A stretch of DNA of 64,000 nucleotides. Source: Ruminococcus bromii. GTDB taxonomy: Bacteria; Bacillota; Clostridia; Oscillospirales; Ruminococcaceae. Below, one piece after another: positions 35,927 through 42,953 of this stretch. The stretch spans positions 66,364 to 130,363 of the forward strand of contig CAVAQT010000001.1 in assembly GCA_963590855.1 (NCBI GenBank), in the 5' to 3' direction. Each line of letters begins with the position of its first letter. Position 1 is the stretch's first letter. A model generated the notes under the pieces. That model had not been told where the DNA came from. It made no database searches and saw only the letters and a program-made list of their open reading frames with translations. Position numbers and translations under genes: made by a program.

Positions 35927-35963
35927 AAAAACTGCCTGCATTTTCGTGCAGGCAGTTTCGTTT
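35927..35963 (-). terminator. terminator after the Wzz-like gene
   Basis: AAACTGCCTGCA-n6-TGCAGGCAGTTT with T-runs on both strands. Confidence 0.7.
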
Positions 35964-35989
35964 ACAATGATTGTTTTGTGCAGAGACGT

Positions 35990-37540
35990 TTAGTCTTTTT
36001 CGCTTTCGGCATCTGCTTCAGTTTCAGCCGCTTTTGCAGTTTCCTTTGTCTCTTCTGTTTCTTGCGCAGCAGCTGCAATGGCATTTCTGCGGTAAGAAAC
36101 CATGAACGCACGAACCACTGCAAATACCAGATATGCTACGAACAGCAGTGCTTCTGCGATCAGCAGCGGACGCATCATATTGGAGATGGCGTTAGACATT
36201 GCATTAGAAACGCTGCCGCTTGCCGGAACCAGAATGCTGTAGGAATTTGCATAGGACGCAGTCTCAAAGAAATCATCCGCAGTTGCATTGACATCGTCAA
36301 CCAACTTGTTCAGCTTGTCGCAGACGGTCTGCATATCTGCATCGACCTTTTCCTGCTCCTTCTTGGTGCCGACAGAGCCCTTGTTCAGCCGATCCAGACG
36401 TGTCTGATAGTCGTTGATCTGCTGCTGATAGGACGAAACGCTGCTCTGTGCGTCTGTCTTTTGGGTAATCAGATCGTCGTATGCCTCAGACGGCTGGGTC
36501 AGTGCGGAACTGGAAGCCGCATCCGAACCTGCCATTACCACCATGGAATCCTTCTGGTAGTTGTTGATGGAGTCAGTGATGGATGCCAGCTTTTCCTGTG
36601 CGCTGGTCAGGTTGCGGCTCAGGGTATCGATGCGGTACTGATAGTAGGTCTGGAGCGCGTCCTTGTCCTTTGTGACATTCTTGCCCAGAACATAGGAGGA
36701 CAGGCTCGCATAGTCTACCGAACGCATGGTGCTGATCGCTTCGCTGAGGTCAGAGAAGGTATAGCCGGTCTTGCTGGAGCGGAACCGTGTCTTGTCGTTG
36801 GTGGACAGGGTGGAAACGTAGTTTTGCAGTCCGTTCAGGGTGTTGGAGAACACATCCAGTGCCTGTGCGTAGTCATAGGTGGTATAATCCACGGTTGTCA
36901 GCGCATCGCCCAGGGCATCGTTATAGCCGTAGGTACGCATGAAATAGGTCTTGTAGTTGCTCAGCATGGTGTTCAGGAAATCTGCCGCCTGAGAGCGGTT
37001 CATTTCGGTAGCGCCATAGGCAAACTGTACCTCGAAGCGTGTCGGATAGTAGGAAACATCCATGATCTTCTGCGCCGCTTCAATGGAATTGGTAGATTCA
37101 AAGATGCTCTGATAAGCCGTCAGCTTGTCAATGGTATCATCCGGAACAACGCCGGAAATGGTGATGCTGCTGCGGATCGCATCTGTCTTTGTGGAATCCA
37201 TGCCCAGATCGGTGAGTGTGGACTCGATAATGGACGGGGATTTCAGAGAATTGGCATCGAACTCGTTGCCGCTGGGATCCAGACCCTGTTCAATGCCGTC
37301 ATAAGTAAAGCCCACCATTGCGGTCAGCGGTGTTGCCTTACTGTTGGACATCAGCATTGCGCCGCCAAACACAGCGCCGGCTGCGATCACGGCGATCAGG
37401 ATCCAAAGCAGAAAATACTTTTTCAGCTGACGGAAAATGTCTAGCACCGGAATGGTAATGGTATCTTCCTCTTCCTGTACGTTCTGTACTGCCGCAACTG
37501 TAATCAGCTCCGGCTTCTGTTCTGTACTCTTTTTACTCAT
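35990..37540 (-). CDS. bitopic membrane protein with polysaccharide co-polymerase (Wzz/YveK-like) topology
   Basis: 516 aa. TM helices near residue 45 and near the C-terminus flank a ~400-aa Ser/Thr/Asp/Gln-rich, partly coiled-coil ectodomain. TAGGAGT RBS. The family call is tentative. Confidence 0.5.
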   Translation of the reverse strand: MSKKSTEQKPELITVAAVQNVQEEEDTITIPVLDIFRQLKKYFLLWILIAVIAAGAVFGGAMLMSNSKATPLTAMVGFTYDGIEQGLDPSGNEFDANSLKSPSIIESTLTDLGMDSTKTDAIRSSITISGVVPDDTIDKLTAYQSIFESTNSIEAAQKIMDVSYYPTRFEVQFAYGATEMNRSQAADFLNTMLSNYKTYFMRTYGYNDALGDALTTVDYTTYDYAQALDVFSNTLNGLQNYVSTLSTNDKTRFRSSKTGYTFSDLSEAISTMRSVDYASLSSYVLGKNVTKDKDALQTYYQYRIDTLSRNLTSAQEKLASITDSINNYQKDSMVVMAGSDAASSSALTQPSEAYDDLITQKTDAQSSVSSYQQQINDYQTRLDRLNKGSVGTKKEQEKVDADMQTVCDKLNKLVDDVNATADDFFETASYANSYSILVPASGSVSNAMSNAISNMMRPLLIAEALLFVAYLVFAVVRAFMVSYRRNAIAAAAQETEETKETAKAAETEADAESEKD

Positions 37541-37804
37541 TCGTAATTACTCCTAATACTGATTCAAATGATTTTGGATTTGAGAAGGGTCACTTCTAAA
37601 AACTTCTACATTTCATTATAACACATTTCAAATGATCTGTAAACCGGATATTTTTTCAAAAAAGCCCATGGCATTCCCGAAAAAAACAGCATTTTTCACA
37701 AATTCCAAAAGCATCTCCCCGAAAAGTCCCATTTCTGCTTTGACAGATTTTCCGAAAATATGCTATAATACTTGTAATATTTCTGGATTTGGAAAGGCTT
37801 CAAC

Positions 37805-38158
37805 ATGACATACTATATTTATGTGCTGCAATGCGCCGGCGGCACGCTCTACACCGGCATCACCCCGGATCTGCAAAAACGCATGCGCCAGCACTGCGGC
37901 GAGCTGGCAGGCGGCGCAAAGTATACCCGCAGCCATCCCCCAAAGGCACTGCTCCAGGTGTGGCAGACCGACGGGCACACCGCCGCCGCCCGGTTTGAAT
38001 ACGCCTTTAAGGGGCTTTCCCGGCAGAAAAAGCTCGCGCTCCTGGAAGCGCCGGCGCAGTGGCAGGCGTTTCTGCCGGAGCTGTGTGAAGGCGGCAGCTA
38101 TCTTCCGGCAGCCCACGGCGTACTGGAAAGCTATCTGAAACAGCACAAAGAAAAGTGA
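37805..38158 (+). CDS. GIY-YIG nuclease-superfamily protein (UPF0213/YhbQ-like)
   Basis: YIYVLQCAGGTLYTGIT...R..QH motif. TTGACA-18-TATAAT promoter upstream. Confidence 0.8.
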   Translation: MTYYIYVLQCAGGTLYTGITPDLQKRMRQHCGELAGGAKYTRSHPPKALLQVWQTDGHTAAARFEYAFKGLSRQKKLALLEAPAQWQAFLPELCEGGSYLPAAHGVLESYLKQHKEK

Positions 38159-38168
38159 CCGCACCGGG

Positions 38169-38687
38169 TCACTTTTTTCGTTGATACTGTAATTCCTCCG
38201 GCAAAAAGCCCTTTCTGTCCAGGACATAGGTCACCCAGACCACTGCCATGGGCAGGAGATTCCACACGGCCAGAAAAGCCGTCTGTCCCCAGGAGAGCGA
38301 GGACGCCGTCACATCCTTGCTGCAAAGATTGCACAGCTGCAAAAAAGGCGCGTCCAGCAGCTTGTACCAGCGGTACCAGAGATCCGGCAGAACGCCGGCT
38401 CTGGCGAGCAGCAGTGAGATGCCCAGAAGCAGAAAGGGCAGTCCTGCCGCGATGCTGTAAAACAGCTGTAACCCTACGGTATTTTCCCGTTTCTGATGCC
38501 GGTCTGCACCGGAGCGGTTCAGGGCATAGTTGACACAGACGCAGATCAGCACCGCAATGGTGCAGATACAGCTGACCAGCCGGAACAGTCCGCCGCCTAC
38601 GGCAGAAAGCGTTACCGCCAGGAACAGGCAGAGTGCCTCTGCGAACAGGTAATTGCCCAGTCCTTTGGCAAAATTTTTGATATCCAT
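38169..38687 (-). CDS. multi-pass membrane protein of unknown function
   Basis: Start trimmed to ATG 38687 behind AAGAGGAAAAAT. Four to five hydrophobic segments. Confidence 0.6.
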   Translation of the reverse strand: MDIKNFAKGLGNYLFAEALCLFLAVTLSAVGGGLFRLVSCICTIAVLICVCVNYALNRSGADRHQKRENTVGLQLFYSIAAGLPFLLLGISLLLARAGVLPDLWYRWYKLLDAPFLQLCNLCSKDVTASSLSWGQTAFLAVWNLLPMAVVWVTYVLDRKGFLPEELQYQRKK

Positions 38688-38834
38688 ATTTTTCCTCTTT
38701 CGGAAGTATTTTTTGCAGGCAACACCACACATGCTTTGTGCTGTGCTGTCCGTATATTTTCAAGTCCGGCGGAGACAATATGACTGTGTTCTGCGGCACT
38801 TCGCAGAACCATTTCAAAAAAGGAGGGCAGACCC

Positions 38835-39266
38835 ATGTCTCCGCAGGAACAGCATGTACTCGACGCATTTTATCAGAATGCCGCCATGGGCGCAGACGCG
38901 ACCAGCGCCATTCTCCCCAAGGCAGACCATCCGGCGCTGCGGCAGGAGCTTTGCAAACAGCTGGAATTTTACCAGTCCCGCAAGGACGAGATCCGCAGCC
39001 AGATGCAGCAGGCACACATGCAGCCGGCATCCCAGAACGAGATGGCAAAGTTCTGGGCAAAGACCAGCATTCAGCTTCACTGCCTGGGCGGTGCGCCGTC
39101 CGGCGAGATCGCAAAGCTGATGCTCAAGGGCACAAACACCGGCGTCATTCAGCTCACCGAGGTGCTCCACAGCAATCCGGACATTTCGGAGCGGCTGATG
39201 CGCCAGGGAAAATCGTTCGTCCGTCACGAAGAGGCGTACATGGAACGCCTCAAGGCCTATTTATAA
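38835..39266 (+). CDS. hypothetical helical protein (143 aa)
   Basis: AAAGGAGGG RBS. Predicted all-helical, no family recognised. Confidence 0.6.
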   Translation: MSPQEQHVLDAFYQNAAMGADATSAILPKADHPALRQELCKQLEFYQSRKDEIRSQMQQAHMQPASQNEMAKFWAKTSIQLHCLGGAPSGEIAKLMLKGTNTGVIQLTEVLHSNPDISERLMRQGKSFVRHEEAYMERLKAYL

Positions 39267-39277
39267 GAGGTGAGACC

Positions 39278-39448
39278 ATGAACCCCGAAGAAGAGAAAGC
39301 CAGACAGAGCGCAGAAGCCGAAATGAAGATCTATACGCCCCACCGGGTGATCCAGGAGAAATGCGACAACATTGCATTCGACAACGCGCCGGTACGCATC
39401 TACGAGCGGCCGTATCACCCCAACCAGCCCACGTCTCCGCTGGGCTGA
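39278..39448 (+). CDS. small hypothetical protein (56 aa), unannotated
   Basis: AAGAGGTGAG RBS, ATG 39278, MNPEEEKARQSAEAEMKIYTPHRVIQEKCDNIAFDNAPVRIYERPYHPNQPTSPLG*. Begins 11 nt after the preceding gene. Confidence 0.45.
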   Translation: MNPEEEKARQSAEAEMKIYTPHRVIQEKCDNIAFDNAPVRIYERPYHPNQPTSPLG

Positions 39449-39508
39449 GCCAAGCATCCGGATGCCCGGTGCATCCGGTACATAGAGAGTTCCGTTACGG
39501 CAGAGCCG

Positions 39509-39925
39509 TCAGGCAGGCTTGTGCTTTTTGGCGCAGTCCGCGCACAGTCCGTACAGCACCGTTTTGGTATGGTCGATCACAAAGCCGTGATGCTCCAGCA
39601 GGTGCTCGCCCAGCTGACTGAGATAATCGCAGCTGACGTGAAACAGTCTGCCGCAGTCTGTGCATTTCAGGTGAAAGTGATCCTGGCAGGCATGGGGCTC
39701 GCCGGAGAGGAACTGATAGCAGGCACTGCTCTTGCCGTCCAGCACATACTTGCGCACCACACCCTCTTCCACAAGCTGTTCCAGTGTCCGATAGACCGTC
39801 GCCGTCCCCACCGGTGTGGCATTGTCCTGCAAATGGCGCACCAGTTCTGCCACGGTGATGTGGCTGCCGCCGCTGTTCTGCAAAAATGCCAGGATATACT
39901 CCCGCTGTTTTGTCTTGTATGCCAT
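39509..39925 (-). CDS. Fur-family transcriptional regulator (Fur/Zur/PerR not resolved)
   Basis: Start trimmed to ATG 39925. Winged-helix N-terminus (TVAELVRHLQDNATPVGTATVYRTLEQLVEEG), HFHLKCTDCG and C-terminal CADC metal-site motifs. Confidence 0.85.
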   Translation of the reverse strand: MAYKTKQREYILAFLQNSGGSHITVAELVRHLQDNATPVGTATVYRTLEQLVEEGVVRKYVLDGKSSACYQFLSGEPHACQDHFHLKCTDCGRLFHVSCDYLSQLGEHLLEHHGFVIDHTKTVLYGLCADCAKKHKPA

Positions 39926-39975
39926 GATATTTCGATCGTCCTTCCAACACCGGGCATCATTTCCCGGGCAATCCA

Positions 39976-40028
39976 AATTGCCGCAGCCGACACCCTTTCC
40001 GGCATCCTTGCTGCGGCAATTGTTTTTT
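39976..40028 (+). terminator. terminator-like hairpin oriented on the plus strand, upstream of fur
   Basis: AATTGCCGCAGC-n22-GCTGCGGCAATT (perfect 12 bp) followed by GTTTTTT on the plus strand. No plus-strand gene ends here. Confidence 0.4.
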
Positions 40029-40083
40029 CTATCACAAAGTTCCCTGCGCATCCAGACATGTGACAGGATGCGTCAGCAGGTTC

Positions 40084-40121
40084 TTATTCTTCGATAGTGA
40101 CCTTATTCCTCGATAGTGACC
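40084..40121. repeat. 19-bp tandem duplication of the 3' end of the cyclophilin gene
   Basis: TTATTCTTCGATAGTGACC (40084-40102) is followed directly by TTATTCCTCGATAGTGACC (40103-40121), with one mismatch. The second copy holds the real stop codon. Confidence 0.9.
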
Positions 40122-40576
40122 TTTTTCATGATCTGGGGAGTCAGGGGCTTGTCGCTGAAATCCGTCTGCACCGACGCGATCTCGTCCACAACGTCCATGC
40201 CCTCTACTACCTTGCCGAATGCTGCATACTGACCGTCCAGATGCGGTGCATCCTCGTGCATGATAAAGAACTGCGAGCCGGCAGAGTTCGGGTTCATGGC
40301 GCGTGCCATGGACAGCACGCCGCGAGTGTGCTTCAGGTCGTTCTGGACACCGTTTGCGGCGAACTCACCCTTGATGTTCCAGCCCGGGCCGCCTGTGCCC
40401 GTGCCATTCGGACAGCCGCCCTGGATCATAAAGCCGGGAATGACCCGGTGAAAGGTCAGGCCGTCATAAAAGCCCTGCTTCACCAGTTTTTCAAAGTTTT
40501 CACAGGAGATCGGGGCGATCTCCGGGTACAACTCGATCTTGATCTTCTTGCCGTTTGCCATTTCAATGACTACCAT
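40103..40576 (-). CDS. ppiB: cyclophilin-type peptidyl-prolyl cis-trans isomerase
   Basis: FHRVIPGFMIQGGCP and SMARAMNPNSAGSQFFI motifs. Start trimmed to ATG 40576 behind GAGGAA. TTGCAT-17-TACAAT promoter upstream. Confidence 0.9.
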   Translation of the reverse strand: MVVIEMANGKKIKIELYPEIAPISCENFEKLVKQGFYDGLTFHRVIPGFMIQGGCPNGTGTGGPGWNIKGEFAANGVQNDLKHTRGVLSMARAMNPNSAGSQFFIMHEDAPHLDGQYAAFGKVVEGMDVVDEIASVQTDFSDKPLTPQIMKKVTIEE

Positions 40577-40724
40577 AAGTCGTTTCCTCACATCATCAAA
40601 TATTTCCGGGGACGGCGAAAAACGCTGCCGCCCTCTGGGATATTTCTATTGTAGCACAAAACGCTGCAAAATGCAAGGGAGAATATGCAGACGACACAGA
40701 TTCGTTTTTTTCCGGAAAGGGCGC

Positions 40725-40856
40725 TTAAATTCCCCGGAGGGTCGTCGGCAGCACCAGACTGCTGTCCATATGCATCTTGTTCAGCATATACAGCGTCACC
40801 GCCATCACTGCCCAGATCGCCGCAGTCTGAATGGTATAAAAAAGAATCTTCTTCAT
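40725..40856 (-). CDS. small membrane peptide (43 aa), unannotated
   Basis: GAGG lies 8 nt before ATG 40856. MKKILFYTIQTAAIWAVMAVTLYMLNKMHMDSSLVLPTTLRGI*. Own promoter and a ~130-nt structured leader. Confidence 0.4.
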   Translation of the reverse strand: MKKILFYTIQTAAIWAVMAVTLYMLNKMHMDSSLVLPTTLRGI

Positions 40857-40992
40857 GAGAAACGCCTCATTTCAATTGCATCGTTCTATTTGCTGCCCGT
40901 GCGCATTTCCGTCCCCACACAGCAGCGTCACCTGTTCCCATATCCGAAAAGTGTACACCTTTTCCGGGAACATGCTTTTGTCATCATTTATC

Positions 40993-41021
40993 ATTATACA
41001 CAAGAACTATCAAAAATGCAA
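40993..41021 (-). promoter_or_regulatory. consensus promoter for the 43-aa peptide gene
   Basis: Minus strand reads TTGCAT-17 nt-TATAAT. Confidence 0.55.
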
Positions 41022-41327
41022 TGCCTTTTTGTGAATTGTAATTAAATTGTAAGCAATGGCAATGCTGTACCCAAAATATGCATTTTTTGCAGTTCGTGCA
41101 TTTTTGCCGGAGAATGCATCATGTTTTTTCAAGTCTGTTGCAAAAGCATAAATACCGCCGAAAAACCGCCAACTTTTCTAAATTACAGCGTGGTTTCTCG
41201 TATAAAATCCCATATTTACAAACGGGTCGGTTTGTGGTATGATGAATGTAGGCGCAATATCATGATATTTTAGGAAGTACCGCAAAAACCTGTGCGGTTT
41301 CACTCTTGAAAGAAAAGGGGTCTTATT

Positions 41328-41954
41328 ATGCAGAATTATGTGATTACAATTACACGGCAGTTCGGCAGCAGAGGCCGGGACATTGGCATTGCCGCAGCGA
41401 AAAAGCTGGGCATCCCCCTGTATGACAGAAATGTACTGGAAAAAGAGGCAGAAGAGATCGACAGCACCCTGCACTCTCTGGTGGAATTCAGCAAAAACGG
41501 CATGCGTTCCTCCGGCTATTATAAGATGGCATATCCTCTGGGCATCGGCAGCACGCTGAAAAAAGACCGGATGTTCGAGGTACAGAGCAAGTTAGTCCTG
41601 GAGCACGCCGAAAAGGAAAGCTGCGTCATCATCGGGCGCTGTGCCGACTATCTCCTGCGGGAACGGGAAAACGTCATCCGCTGCTACGTCTTTGCCCCGT
41701 ATCAGGCGCGCATCCGCAACAGCATCATGACACTGGGACTCGCCACCGCTGAGCCACAGCGGATCATCGAAGAGGTAGACAAGGCGCGGGCGGAATACTA
41801 CCGTTCGCACACCGGCTGTGAGGTGAACAACACCCGCTACCGCGATCTTTTCCTGAACAGCAACCTGCTCGGGGTGGAGGGCACAGCAGACCTCATTGTG
41901 GACGCTGTCCGGAGAAAGTTCGGGCTGGCGGAGACACCGGCAGAAGAGGCGTAA
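41328..41954 (+). CDS. cytidylate-kinase-like family protein
   Basis: 208 aa. ITITRQFGSRGRDIG N-terminus typical of the cytidylate-kinase-like (AAA_18-type) family. TTTACA-17-TATGAT promoter upstream. Confidence 0.7.
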   Translation: MQNYVITITRQFGSRGRDIGIAAAKKLGIPLYDRNVLEKEAEEIDSTLHSLVEFSKNGMRSSGYYKMAYPLGIGSTLKKDRMFEVQSKLVLEHAEKESCVIIGRCADYLLRERENVIRCYVFAPYQARIRNSIMTLGLATAEPQRIIEEVDKARAEYYRSHTGCEVNNTRYRDLFLNSNLLGVEGTADLIVDAVRRKFGLAETPAEEA

Positions 41955-41999
41955 CCCTTTCCCCTGTTCCTGCATACCTTGTGATTGAGGTGATGCGTG

Positions 42000-42494
42000 A
42001 TGGAACAATTCCGCAGAAGTGTGTGGATCGGATTTGTCTGGAGCATCGTTTTCGGAACGGTGCTCCATTTTTTATACGGCTGGACGGGCGAAAACCGCGT
42101 CGTCGGGCTGTATGCCGCCGTGAGCGAAAGCACCTGGGAGCATCTGAAGCTGCTGTTCTTTCCGGTGCTCGCCTATACCGTCTGGGAGTACATCTGGACG
42201 GGACACCGGTGGAAGGGCTATGTCCTGGTGCGGGCAAAGGGCGCGCTCTGGGGCATGCTCACCATCACGGCGCTGTTTTACACCTATACCGGCATCTGCG
42301 GCAGACACTGGCTCTGGGCGGATATCCTCACGTTTGTGCTGGGTGCTGCCGTCACTGCCGGCTACACCTGGAAGCAGGCGCCCCGTGCAAAGGGCAGCGA
42401 TCTGGCAGGCATCCTGCTGTTTGCCGCGGTCGCGGTCTCTTTCGGCGTTTTCAGTTTATATCCGCCCACGGCAGGGATCTTTGCGATCCCGTAA
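42000..42494 (+). CDS. multi-pass membrane protein of unknown function
   Basis: GAGGTGA RBS, ATG 42000 (the track ORF begins at GTG 41997). Five hydrophobic segments, STWEHLKLLFFP motif. Confidence 0.65.
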   Translation: MEQFRRSVWIGFVWSIVFGTVLHFLYGWTGENRVVGLYAAVSESTWEHLKLLFFPVLAYTVWEYIWTGHRWKGYVLVRAKGALWGMLTITALFYTYTGICGRHWLWADILTFVLGAAVTAGYTWKQAPRAKGSDLAGILLFAAVAVSFGVFSLYPPTAGIFAIP

Positions 42495-42507
42495 GGAGGG
42501 ATTTGAG

Positions 42508-42885
42508 ATGAACGGATGGATCTGTCTGCTGCTGTTCGGGATGCTGGCGGTGACGGCACTGGCAGCTGTGGGGCTGTGCCGCCGGCTGTTTTCCCACGAG
42601 CTGCCGGAACATATGGCGACGCTGGTGCTGCTGGAAGATCCGGCGAAGTGGGAACAACAGAGTGCCGCCCTCGCCGCCCAGATCGTCTGGACAGACCGGG
42701 ACATGGTGCGCACCGTCTGGCTGGTGGATGCCACGCCGGAGCACAGCCTGGCGCAGGTCTGCGAGGCGTTTTGCAGACGGCACCGGGACTTTCGCTGCTG
42801 CCATTTGTCAGAAGCGGCGAAAATTTTTGGAAGCTTTTCGGAATCCGAAAAAAATCATTGCAATTTGTCGAAAAAACAGGTATAA
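42508..42885 (+). CDS. hypothetical membrane-anchored protein (125 aa)
   Basis: AAGGAGGG RBS, ATG 42508, N-terminal TM (WICLLLFGMLAVTALAAVGL). Contained in the longer track ORF 42220..42885. Confidence 0.5.
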   Translation: MNGWICLLLFGMLAVTALAAVGLCRRLFSHELPEHMATLVLLEDPAKWEQQSAALAAQIVWTDRDMVRTVWLVDATPEHSLAQVCEAFCRRHRDFRCCHLSEAAKIFGSFSESEKNHCNLSKKQV

Positions 42886-42953
42886 TAAAAAGGAGCGTGT
42901 TTTCCCCGTTCCGGGAGAACCGGCGCATTATTTCTGACAGGGAGGAAACCGCA

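Noticed and set aside
38131-39114. A 327-aa minus-strand ORF spanning two real genes and their divergent promoter.
   Set aside because: The translation is Arg/Pro/Cys/Trp-rich nonsense. It overlaps a well-supported minus-strand membrane protein in another frame and a plus-strand gene with a good RBS.
40539-41045. A 168-aa plus-strand ORF across the ppiB promoter region, and the ORF at 41178-41474 on the minus strand.
   Set aside because: They span promoters and leaders of better-supported genes, lack an RBS and have an implausible composition.
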